Assembly (NCBI GenBank): GCA_036172245.1
Contig: JAYWIR010000001.1
Location: forward strand, 7,502,001-7,566,000
Direction: 5' to 3'
Source of the DNA: Raillietiella orientalis
Taxonomy: Eukaryota
DNA: 64,000 bases
Position 1 is the first letter of the stretch, and each line of letters begins with the position of its first letter. Both the position numbers and the translations under genes were made by a program. Positions 13,250 to 28,516 of this stretch are shown one piece after another. The notes under the pieces were generated by a model. That model was not told the origin of the DNA and ran no database searches. It saw only the letters and a list, made by a program, of their open reading frames with translations.

Positions 13250-14330
13250 TTTCCTACAGATGCCTTCGGGCCACCCGGGCACTCGGCGAGTCCCACGCTC
13301 CTCTTTCGCTTCCCTCATGGCAACAGAAAAGCAAATGGAAACGAAAGACACGCGAAAAAATAAAACAAAACATCCCAGATCCCCAAGGGACGGAGCAGCA
13401 CAGGAGAACGAGCGGGAACAGGAGAGGTTCGCTCTCCTCTTCCCTCCCCACTTCCGAGGTTCCCCCGGATTGGCTCGGGCAACCTGATTCTTCCTTCCTT
13501 GGGGGGTCAAAGGGACCTCATTTCCTCCCCAAACAGGCTAGGGGATGGGGAGGGATTCTCGGTGAAGAGGAGCCACCGCCTTGCTGAGTGCAGCGGACCC
13601 CGGCCCGAGGTGGCGGCGCGTTTGGCCTGAGGAGAGAAAACTGGAGAACGAGGGGAGGAAGGAACAAGACCCTTCATTCCTTCCTGCGACAAGATTCTCC
13701 GTTCGCTTGTTTCCGAGAGATGAGGAGAGAGGGAGGCGCTCTTGCAGCCGAGGAGCAGCCGGCTGTGCCCGCAGCAGCACTCACCTATGAGGAGCACTCT
13801 CCGCCCCAGGGGGCCACCCTGAGCTCTCGTGAATGTTCAGCAGCGGTGACCACGAACAACCTTGTCGGGACGAAGAGGAAGGTCTCTAATCTTCAGCGGA
13901 CCCACCCTTACGTGACTCCCATCCAGTGGATGCTCCTCCCAGGAATTCCCACGGGAGAAAGGAATGGAAATTGGTCCATTCAGAACAGCCACTTGAGGAC
14001 TCGAAACTGGCCGAACCCGCAACCTTTCCCCTCCCAGCTACTCGCATCCTTTCGTTCATCGAATCCATGGAGAGCCGCTCCCAGACGAGCAAGGAAGGAG
14101 CTGGTAGGTCCTCTGCGAAAAGACGCAGCCTGCGCGGAGGAACTGAGAGCGGATCTCGTCGAGCCGCTTCCTGTCTGCGGGGATTTTCGCTTCTCTCCAG
14201 GTGCACAGCATCCTCCTCTCGAGTGACTTATGGGTCTGGCAAGAAGCGGGAGGGTGACCATTCCGTCCAGATGCCGGCCACGGAGCGCTTAAGAACACAG
14301 CAGCGCTCCACGACAAGAGAGAGGGCTCCC
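13250..14330 (-). pseudogene. Decayed LINE RT core plus a T-rich 3' UTR-like segment
   Basis: RLDEIRSQFL (KAFDxxxxxFL-like) followed by VAVLNGPISIPFSRGNSWEEHPL (VNGxxSxxFxxxRGVRQGCPL-like). Confidence 0.4.
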
Positions 14331-14520
14331 AGTCAAGAGCTTAGCATCTCTGCATAGCTGGCCTTTTTTGTTGGCATCTTTTTTTTTTTTCTAGGAAGGG
14401 GAGAGGGAGGATCTCTCTTTTCTGAATGGAAGAGACACAACCCAGAATCTTTCTCTTCCTAGGAGCCTTTCCGAAAGTCACGGCAAACGGGTGTCGTCTG
14501 CTTCTTGTAAAAGTTTCTTA

Positions 14521-16330
14521 CCCGGTCACGTTGGGACGTTTATTTTCATAAACCGGCTAGAAACAGTTGTTTCCAGCCGACAGCTACAAAAAAACAACAA
14601 CGGAGATACGCCACTGGCACGCAAGTCAGGAAAACGGAAGGTCCGGAACGGATGGGGGAGGAGGGGACTACAAACAGAAAAGAACAGTCTAAATGGGAGG
14701 AAAGGGCCAGGGATCTTTGGTGACGCTCCGCAGTCACCGGAAAAGAAAAAGAGTGGAAGCACTAAAAGCACTACGGAGCGAATGCGAGGTGGGCGCCAAA
14801 ACAAAAATGAAATGAAAGGGGATGGATCACCGGGATCGTCGTTCCAAACCGTAGGTAATCCGGCTTTGGATGCCGGTGAGCTCCTCCGTTGCGTTTTCGA
14901 TTAAGTGGCGCCACCCAACAGCCTCACTGATGAATTCGGCTGCCTTCCTGGTGACACAACATCTCTGCCCAGTGTTCTCCAGCACGTCTTGGACCGTGAC
15001 GATGGCGCGGATGCAACCAACGGTCGAGATCATCGCTGCCGTCGAAAGTCCTTGTGGCTGGAAGAACCGTCGCAGCACTTCACGAGCGGTGTCCTCCGGT
15101 GACAGGAGTGCTGCTGCCAACCTCCGCTGGAGTTCGTGGAGGGCACCGCAGTCCAACACAAGGTGCGGGAACGACTCCGTCGCCCCGCACCGGGCACAGT
15201 AGGGGGAAACCACCCCACCGGAAACTCGGTGGCGCCGCTCATTGTAACGCAATCCCCAGTGCAAGAAGAGCAAGACGTCTTTCTTCCATGCAAGGGGAAA
15301 CACCGAACCGTCCAAACAGCAGGAAGGGACTATTAGTTCCTCGGGGGCAACACCAAGAGCTTCTCCCCACTGAAGGAGTCCCTCTGCTGTAGCACGAGGA
15401 GTGGCGGCATCCACCAGCTCGCTCGTGTCCCATTCGCCAAGGAGTTTTCTTCTTCCTGCGATGGTGCAGGAGAACTCCCACCTCTCTGGTTGGCTACTGT
15501 CTTCTCGAACCTCGAGGGCAGACAGTGCTTTGTCGAGGGGCGTGGCGGCCAGGGAGGAAAACTTCACCTCGTCCTGCATCACATCTTGGAGAGACCAAGG
15601 TAGGAATTGACGCAGGGGTCGAAGATCTTCGGAGTTCATCCCCTGGAATGCAGCCTATGAATCATCAGATTCCTACCGCCAAGCATTATAATTTATTGGG
15701 AGGCAGGAAATCCACGAATTGGCTTCCAGTAGTGAGGCGAGTTGCCTCAAAAGATAGCCAAACCCCTGTTTTCTGTGGCGCCTTCCTGGCACCAACGAAA
15801 GAAGTCCTTCACTGCCGGCACACCTCCGTAGAAGGATGCGCGCAGGCGCACAGAGTGGGGAAGTCCAAAGCTTGGCGCACAGTGCCAGCATCCCGAACTG
15901 CACTTGCAGTCCGATCCGCTCCATCGTCAGGATGCCCAGGCCGGCATCCCGACGTGGAGCCGTCAGGTCTTTAAGGAGGATCCTGAATAGCGCCGGACCC
16001 CAGAAAGCGTTCCTTAGCAGGCGTTTAGCCGCTCTTTGTCCGCGTAGGGGGTGTCCAAGACAAAAAACAGGGGTCGGAGGAGGGGGACCACGAAGGTGTT
16101 CCAAATAGCCGCCCGTTCCGGCAAGATAAACTTGCCGTTAATGAACGGGCTGGCGGCCAACGCTGCCTTATGAAGGCAGTCCGACCACGCCTCGGCAGCG
16201 CCGAGATCGCCCAACGGAACGCCAAGGTACTTGAAGTACCCGCCCGTGGTGACCCCCAGGCGGATCCAGTCGGACTGCCCTTCCCTTGTAAAAGTAGCCG
16301 CGTGGTACCTGAGCCCTCCGCTAGGTGCAC
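14521..16330 (-). mobile_element. Tx1/L1-like LINE relic: RT thumb, C-terminal CCHC domain and 3' UTR
   Basis: YFKYLGVPLG...ERAAIWNTFVVPLLRPLFF; NAFWGPALFRILLKDLTAPRRDAGLGI (FxW...PxxxGGLG motif); CARCGATESFPHLVLDC; stop at 14827; AATAAA at 14544-14539 and a hairpin remnant. Frameshifted, and the YADD core is not found. Confidence 0.85.
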
Positions 16331-16699
16331 TCCCAGGTGTGATGCGCGCTCCCAAAGTGGCTTGGAGCACCTTCTTGCCTGATTGCATGAGGCAGGTAGC
16401 TTGATTCCCTCTCCCAACAGGAGGGGAAGAGACTCCTCAGAAAAGTAGCTCCTTCTTGCTCCCCCATCGAGGGTCTTCCTCGCTGCAGGCAACCCTTCGA
16501 GGGTGCTACCAAGAACGGGCAGCCAGGTACCCCTCCTAAGGGGGTTCCGATAGCGCAGTTCTCTTCACCAGGGAGCAGCAGCAGGAAACAAAGGAGCGGA
16601 CGGCACCACTTAGGTGACAACTTGGCCCACCGACAAGAATGAGGGCGAGCATCAAGAGGATCCCTTCCTTGGTTCTCGTCCTCATTCTTGTCGGTGCCC

Positions 16700-18300
16700 C
16701 CCCGAGCAACGAGCCGTCAGACGCCTTGCCAGAAAGGAACCATGGGAAGAAGGCACTCTGGAGGGTAGGAACGTCGACATCCCTTGAAGACCTTTCGAAA
16801 CGCCCTCTTGACCGACCTCTTTTCAGAGCCTACTCGTTGCTGAGGAAGGAGACACGGGCCTGCAAAGAAGAGAGTCGCAGCAGGAGAACATCTCTGTTCT
16901 CTTGTTCCCCAGGCAAGATCCTCCGCAAAATCAGCAGGGATCAACGTTTGTCTCCGGGGAAAACCCGTCGCCGCCGCCGCCGCCCGCTCTCCTGCCAGCT
17001 GAGTCGGCGGCGGCGCAGTTGGTAGAGCGGCTCTTCGCAAAGGACAGGCAGAGTGTCCTCTCCTTGGCCGAACAGGCTACTGCACAGCAGCTCCCAGCCA
17101 CCGGCAAAGGCGCTACCTGTTGATCATGGATGTAGAGAACATTCGCGGGCAGAGCCGAAGCGAGGAACGTCCGGGTTGTCCGAGATGGAGGAGGCGTGGA
17201 TGAGGAGAGCAGCTCAAGGGAGAACAGGTGTAGGGGTCGACACCGCCGTCCCAGCTTCCGCGGGAGATCAGGATGAGGAAGCCGAGGAAAAACTCGATTT
17301 CAAGAGAACCCGAAGCGGGAAGGTCGGAGAGACACGCGAGCAGCCCTGGAGCAGTTCATGTAAAGGAAGTAGCACTGGAGCCTGCTGCCAGCGGACGTCT
17401 GCGCGGAAAAGGGAAATTCCAGAAGGGAAGAGGGTGGAGCGTTCAGGAGAGGGGATGTCAGCGCCGGAACTTCCGGCTCAGCGGGGTCCGAGGTGGACGA
17501 ATGGACGGCCGCGACACAAAACGAGTCGATTCCAGGACTCGACAGTCCCTAGAGTTTCCGACTGGAACACGGCCAGGCTCCTGGCCCTCACCTGACTCGG
17601 GGAGACCCCTCCTTGGACCCTCGACTGCCCCAAGGAAGAAACGGCAACAGCATCTCCGCGCCCTTCCGACTTCAATCCTTCCAGTTGACAATTTCTCGTG
17701 CAGAGTCGATGGCTTCTTCCGTCTTTCGTCGCCCGTGGCAGCAGCCGCCGACCATGAACCCTTGGGGAACGCTCCGGGGTGGAAGAGCGACGGTGTTGGC
17801 GCGGAGTCACCGGGAGATTCGCTTCTCGCGCGGCGCAGAATCAAGTGAGCGGCAGTGCGTGAGGCCGCTGCCCCCCTGGCTGGGGCAGTAGCTCGGCGGT
17901 AGCGCAGTCTTCTCTCACGAGCATTCCTGTGTCAATTCGTGGAGTTTTCCTCCTGGTAGAGTCTACAGGATCAGGAGAGGTCTCAGCCGAAGGGAGAAGC
18001 TCGGGATGTTCTAGCTGCACCCCATGCCCCTTCGAAGGAGGCTCCCGGGGAAACGGTTCTGCCACAGGAGAAGAGCGCCACACGGACGCAGGAGGCTCTC
18101 TGAGGAGGAGGCGCACTTCCACCGGTGTGAGTCTTGCCAGAAAGGAACCATGGGAAGAAGGTACCCGAGATGGCAGCAGCCTCGTCATCCCCTGAGGGTC
18201 TTTCCCGCAACAGGCACCAACCCGCCCACGTGACCGATCTCGTTGCTGCGGAAAGCCAAATAGGAAAGAAGAAACGGAGAACCACGTCCTGGAGGGAGCG
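16700..18300 (-). pseudogene. Two decayed APE-endonuclease C-terminal fragments
   Basis: A 29-nt identical segment CTTGCCAGAAAGGAACCATGGGAAGAAGG at ~16725 and ~18133 reads PSSHGSFLAR on the minus strand (upstream of the SRLD motif). The 18133 copy is followed by GHGVQLEHPELL (GxWKLNxxLL-like). Confidence 0.4.
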
Positions 18301-21300
18301 GAACTCAAGCAGGGAAGGAAACGGTCACCTCACGAATCCACTGAACCGTTCCCATCTGATGAGAATCGATGACTGTGGAGCCAACCGAACGATGGATGCA
18401 GCCAAAGTGACTTTGTTTCAGTTGGTGACCTCGCCGTGGTCTGAAGCGGCCACGGGGCACTCTATGGTTCTTCCGAGACAAATGGAAAGATGGAAAGTTC
18501 TTGGTCCCACAGGGAACACTTCGCTCTTAGAGGTTGGGTTCGCTGCCTAGGAAGGACCGCGCCGTGCTGGAAGTGCGGGGGCGCGTCCGACTGGACTTTG
18601 AAAGAGATGTCCTCGCGCCACCCGGCCTCGGGAAGATGGATGGCGCTTTCTGCAGTCCTCCCATGGCTTCCCCTTCGTGTCCCGCGACGTTGGGCGAGCG
18701 AGATCGTGCGACCTGCGTGCTCGATCTCCCAGTGAGAGGCGCAGGTCATTCCGATTCCGTGGCTGGACTAAGTCCCTGTCTGGAAGGTGCGTGGGACACA
18801 TCTCAAGGAAGAAGGCCACGGTGTGCACCGTGCGGAAGAGCTGAATGGGTTTCTTTTATTCCTCTTTTGCTTAATTTTTCCTTTTTTTTTTTTTTGCTTC
18901 TCGAAACAGAAATAGAAATGCCGAGATGCGCGCATGCGCTGGCCACGTGTTGTTGCTATCTGCACTTCCGTTTGGACACATGCATGACGAAAGTTTCCCA
19001 GCAAACAAGGTCGGAGTGATATCTCTCATTCTCCATGGTCAGGCTTCCTCAGAGCTTCGGTAGTCGTGGAAACGGGGATCACCGACGGCGCTCTCTGATT
19101 CACTGGCTGCTGTTTTCTCCACCTCTGCTGCTCTCGAACGCGAACGCGTTGCCCGCGGGTCCGAAGGGATCAAAATCGAAAACAAAAAACGGAAACTGAA
19201 GAGCAAAAAAGAAAAAGAAAAAGTTTACCGATGGCGTCACACCCGACAAATCTCAGCGAGATCTACAACCTCCTTTCGCGAACGGGAACGCGTCTTTGGA
19301 GACTCGCGCCAGTTCCATGCAGTGCCATCTCGGAGGCTAGCACTGCACTGGGCGACAGCTAGCGGCTATCGTCCCTTGAGAGACCGTCGCTCGCCCTCCG
19401 CTGGAGGTGAAGAATGATTCCAGCTTCTCGGGCTTCCCCCGGAACCAGAGTTCCCCTCCATCGCCCTGGCGCAGCTCCAAGGAAGATCCTCCGGTGCCCT
19501 GAAGACCACTCTGGAGTCCACCCTCAGTTACCACTGAGGGTGGACCGCCTGCTTCCCTCCAGTGCTGCTCAGGATCGAGGAACCTCGCTCACCCCTAGAC
19601 AGATGAAGACGGCGGAAACGCGCGCACGTGGGAGCCACTGCTCATCCCCGCTGACACCCCGACCTCGACCGCTCGCCCCAGTGGACGGACCCCGCCGCTT
19701 TCATGGCAAAGGGGCCTCGCACGGCCCTCGGAATTCCCTCAGTTCTCCCACCTTAGTCGTTTCTCTATAACGGATCCGCTCTCCGGAAAGAACAGCCCTC
19801 CTTTCGGGAGAGGGACGGGGTGCGTCCCACGTCGATTTTTCCGGAGACTGCCTTTGCGATTCCCCATTCTGAGCTCCTGCTGAACGGGTGTTCTTTCTTG
19901 TGCCCGTCTGGAGTGCAGAACCCTTTCGGGTGCCAACGGACCGCAGGGACGACAAGTCCAAGCAACGCGAGAGGCCAAGGATCACCATGAAGAAGGGTCA
20001 TCCCTCGTCATCGCCGGACGCTCTTTCCTCCTTCCTGGCGGAGTGCAAAGGAAGTGAAGGATGGAACCTGTTGTCACGCTTCTTTCTTCTTCCTCCTTCC
20101 TCTTCTCGTGTATTTCCCTCTCACCCTTGGGGCGGTCTTGCGTGACCTTCGCACTCGCGGCAAGGTTAGGGGCACTGAGCGTCAGCTCGGTCTTCCTGCC
20201 ATCGCCCCGACTGGCGACCCGATTCGTCCCGATCTGCCGACGGCTGGACCTCCTGAACTGTCCTTTGTGCAGCCGCAGCTGCCGCCTGTCTTCGCGCCGA
20301 TCCCCTCATCTCGGGTTGCCAGCGGAGATCCTCTCCTCCCCACTCCGCTGCGTCCTGCGAGCAGCAGCATCCGACGGCGCCAGTTTATCCCGACCCGCGT
20401 GGAACCCCCAGGCATTCTTTCCTACGAACTCCACTTCTCCGGACCCGATCCTCTCTCCCCTTCCTCCTCCTCCTTGTTTTGGCACCCACCCGCGGCCGCA
20501 GCGCCGCACCGAGTTCGCCTCCGGGAGCAGGCGAGCGAGCGGCCCCACCCGAACCGAGCAGGCAGGGAGGTCGCCCACTCCGCACACGCGCCCAACATGA
20601 GGCGAAACACCCCTGACCCCGGTGATCCTTCTCCTCCCCTCCCCCCTTTCTATCATTATTTATTCACTCCCTGTTTATTTATTGCCCCGTTCCCGTCCAT
20701 AAATCCAACCCCATGCGGCCCCGAGAGCAACTGCGCTGCGCAGACTCCGGGAGGGCGGCGAGGCGACCCGTCCTTACTGGCATGACTTTTTTATTGATTG
20801 ATTGGCCGATTGAATGAATGATTTATTTGTTGATTTATGTATGCTTGTATTTACTGATCCGGGATGCAGTCATCCCGTCCATTCGCGTATTCGTTTCTGC
20901 ATTCATATACTCGTTTGAGTACGAATTTATGGCATTTATGGAAGAGAGCAAAACTCCGCGCATGCGCCTCCCGTCCGTCCGCACGGTCGCATCCTCGAAT
21001 CCTGCGCGTAGAGAACCAAATTTGCGAGCCTTCGAGGGGGAGGAGAAGCAAGAAGAGAGGGGCTGATGGACAGCTCCGCTGCCGGGGAGAAGGCAGCAAC
21101 CCTCATTTCGGAGGAGGTCCCGGATCGGCTGGGGGTCGAGGAGAAACGCGGGAGCTGGAGACGTGCAATCCTGGCAGAAGAAGAGTATTCGAGTTCCGAA
21201 AGAGCTCCGCCAGAGGACAGCCCTCCGATTCCCGGGAAGAAAGGGACAAGTCGCCCTGGTGACCAGTGGTGAACGATCGCCAGGGGAACTCCCCATCCCC

Positions 21301-24300
21301 GAATTCCGGGTCTCTCTGCGCACTCGCGGCAAGGTCAGGGGAGAGGGGGGCATGCGGGGCATCACAGAGGGGAGATATCCAGGTTTCCCGGCCACCCACA
21401 CCGGCAGGAACTGAGGAGGAAAAAGCTTAGGTCAGGTTAGCACGGAGGGACGGTGAAGGGAGCGCCGTTGACGGCAGGGACGAAAAAGAGGAAGTCGCTT
21501 CGCCTGAGTCGCGATCCTTCTGGACAGCGACGGGTGAATCGCCCCAGAGAAGGGAAGTACGACTGCAGGTCCGATCTTCACCTGGTGACCCGAGCTCATG
21601 CGCGAACTGCACGGCGCGCCATCGGAAAGGCAAAGTGGAACCGGAAGGGACCGGGAGGGAAGCACTTCGGCTGCAGGGAGGAAAATTCCGGTTCCAGGAG
21701 GTCCGACCGGGATGCTCGCACTATTCTCATCTCATCCCAATGTGCCCCGCTCCATGCTATGCCGAACTGTGCTGCTCTCGCCCCAGAGCTTGCGCCCGTC
21801 CCTCAGAGCTTAATGCCCCACACTTCCAACCTCCATGCTGCCCTGCGACTTTACTAGGGCCAGGGCTGCTGTTTCAGGCCCCAACTGCCTGTTTCAGAGG
21901 AGCACATGAAAGCGGATGGAAAGCAAGGGATGATAGTGAGGAGAAGCGACCCAGCCGTGCTTCCAGAAGGCAGGCACGGGGAGGAAGCACCCACTACTCT
22001 CCCTCGTGAGCGGCGCTCTGCTGCCACTTCCAGAGGGAGACGGAGGAGAAGGAGGCCCCACGGAAAGATGTGACGAAGACCCTCTGAGCGGACTCCAGAG
22101 GCGCTCTGAATATTGCTGAACTGGAGTTCGAATCCTTCACTCGAATCCTGCACAGGATGCAAAGGGAAGCAGTGTTGGAGGCGGAGAAAAAATCCTGGAC
22201 TTTCTGGCCACCGTCCGCTTTCCTCCGGAAGACGGCACCACCTGGAAGTCTCGGCAACATGAAGGAGAAGGAATAAAGTCCCCGTGTGCTTGCTCTTCTC
22301 TGGAGCACGAGAAGGAAAAGACAAGCAGCCCAACGTGAGCTCGAATCTGGATTGCGACGCAAGATGCTGCACGAGGTGAGAGAAACGGGTGCTTCCACGA
22401 GGTTGCATGGCGACATACGGAAGACGGACCGTTTTTCCAGGAGCACGCACGCGAGCGAGCGCACGAAAGAGACAGAGAGAGCAGGTTTGCACGGCTCCAG
22501 GATGAGATCATAGGACAGACGGACAGCGTCAGGTGTTGAGCGCCCTTTTCGAAGCCTGCCTTTCCATCTCCTACCTTTTCTTACGGGATATGAAGGATTC
22601 TTAAGCCTTGTGCAATCCTTTTTCCTTTTCAAAACGTCTTTGTTCTAGTAATGGTGTCAGGGTTCATGAGATTGTTATGGATAATTAGGTAAATACCTGA
22701 TATTCGCAATCCTATTTTGCCCTTTTTTTTTTTTTTTTGTCTCCTGACAAATGATGACATTAATCTGCCTCTAGTGCAGCCGATGTTGTATTCAAATAGA
22801 CCTGATGGGGCTTCTAGCCTGATCTCATATTCTGAATGGAACACTGTTCACGAAGTGAGAAATTCAAGTGGGAATTTTCCTTTATTAAAGATGGGATTAA
22901 TTCTTTATCACTTTGTCCATAATGGAAATTTGCTCCATGGAAATTTCCGAACACTCATTTTGTTTTATGTCGCCCCCTCCCTCAACACATACACACACGA
23001 GGATTTTCGTCATGAAATATTGAAGAAACGTGAAGTTTCAAGTAATCTGTACTTCCATAGTAGAAAACCAATATAACTGTTCTTTAAGATCAATACTGAT
23101 ATCTTAACGAAGTGCAAGTTCCAGATGTGCTCATTTTGACACCCCTTGTGGATATGATTTGCTCTATTTTTTGTAGTTCCAGAATCCTTAGATAATTTGC
23201 TCGGATATTACAGCAATTTAATTCATATGTGCCTTTTAGATAAGTGTAAATGCCTCTGCATTGCTCAATTCTCAGATTTTTTTGAAGTCACTGTCATTTG
23301 AAATCTATGAAACCTCTCGTGAAAACGTCGAAACAACAGCTGACAAGATCGTCGAGAACCTCTCTATTCTTATTTCGTGGATGATCGAGTTTGTTCTGAA
23401 ATGAAGGGCTATAGAGATTATTGTAATTTGCTTTCGGGGGATTTCAGGTTCTTATTAGGATTCTGTTCACGTATGCATCCAATTATCGTTCAGTTTGCAA
23501 GCAGTGAGTAATCGAATTAAATCTAAGATGTTATTCCTCGTGCTTGAATTTTGGAGTTTGAAAACCCAGATGACAACGCGTGTTATTGCAAAACCAAACA
23601 GTTACTCCGTGGTTCTGAAAACTTTTTTCAATATTCATTCTGGTCTCCTTATTGCTTTCAGTTCTTTGAGATTATTGAACATACTGCAAAGAATATTTGC
23701 ACTGTTTCTTGGTTTGTTACAGGCATTCTCTGAAAATACACCAAGAAACAACCGCCTTTTCTAGCCTGAATATTGAATGTTTATTTAGCTTAAAGCATAA
23801 TGAATTTATAAGAATGCTGGTGCTTATCTTTAAATGAATTTTAAAATATTACCTTGTATTTCATATTCCACAGAACCAGAAAAATGCAAAGGAGCATTCG
23901 TCATCTCGACTCCTGCTTTTTTTTGTTTTTAAGAGTCCTTACATTTGCGTTTTGCAACCATTGAATTGCTCTTTAGATCTACTAATGCATTCGCAACTAC
24001 AGCATCATGCAACCCCCTAGTCTCCAAGACCATTAAGTATTGCGTTCAAACTAGTACACATATTTGAGTACTTCCCAAAACTTATAGTATTTTCCAAATG
24101 CCTTGTATCCAAACACCTTGTAATGTTTTCCACCAATTGAAGCAAATCAAACCGAAACTGATCATCAAATCAAAAGCGATTGCAATTAACGTTGATCAGG
24201 AGCCTGTAAGTTGGTCTACAAGATTTGACTAATCATTGTTTGCAAAGTCTTTGTGAAGTAATCGAATACTCTGCACCAAGTAACAACGGAGTTGCCGTTG

Positions 24301-25119
24301 CCTGGATGCAGACTTCAGGTACCATGCAAACAGCAGAGTCTCTCGTGAGACCATCAGCCAGTTCTTGCGATCGAAGAGAGGTCCACGTTAACATTCCAGA
24401 GGTTTATGTTAACCTTTTCTCTAAGAGCCTTTGTGGCTATTACCGTGCGAACATCATGTGTACTCAAACCAACGATCTCATAACAAAAGTCTAATTTCAA
24501 ACGTTTGTGACAGCTCGAGGGATGGATCGTACTTGCATATTTGCACCGAACACTCTTGTAGCATGAATTACGTACATTTGTAACTCATTGGGAGGGGAAA
24601 GAAGCATGCGAAACTTGAAATGGGATCAAGTTTTTGTTTCAATATTTCATTTTATTTTATTTTATTTTTTTTACCTTTCCCTGCACTTGGACACCCTAAA
24701 GATGAGTTTGAAAAAACGCAGCGCAAGAGAGTTTGAAATTTGCGAACGTTTGCCGATTCGCTGCAGCGGTTCGTGACTTCTATGCTGAAAGCCATGGAAT
24801 CTCCGAGTGCTTAGCTGTGGTTGTCGTCCGTGGGTCTTGCCGTTCCCCAGCCCATAAAACTGCATAATTTGAAATCCATGGGAGCGCTTCCGGGAAAAGG
24901 GGAAGACGAGCCTCATCATGCCCTTACGTTTCCATGGCTCGTTTTTTGCGTATGCATTGTTTTGACCCGGTTCTGAGAGTGCACGGTTTGGGCAGCTGAC
25001 TTTCAATCATCGTCGATCTTGGTGGTCACATTGAAAATCAGTGATTAGTCAACCCTTGCAAACTATTTCCAGAATGAGAAGCACTTGTGCCATGCATCGA
25101 AAACCCTTGTAAAGTACTC

Positions 25120-28516
<3,397 letters not shown>

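Larger units (their letters stand above)
1..22620. mobile_element. GC-rich cluster of nested, degenerate Tx1/L1-like non-LTR retrotransposon relics (both strands)
   Basis: Scattered frameshifted motifs of APE, RT, thumb and CCHC zf-RVT domains and several homologous 3' UTRs (listed separately). No spliced host gene is visible. Composition switches abruptly to AT-rich DNA near 22,620. Confidence 0.7.

Noticed and set aside
22120-22150. GTTCGAATCC, tRNA B-box-like
   Set aside because: No A-box or cloverleaf around it.
1-22600. Numerous long overlapping ORFs (e.g. 1540-2616, 5189-5944, 7936-9174)
   Set aside because: Expected in GC-rich, low-complexity DNA. They show no domains or splice structure, and many use non-ATG starts irrelevant to a eukaryote.
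24858-24872. ACTGCATAATTTG matches the U1 snRNA Sm-site region
   Set aside because: Only 13 nt, and the flanks do not match U1.
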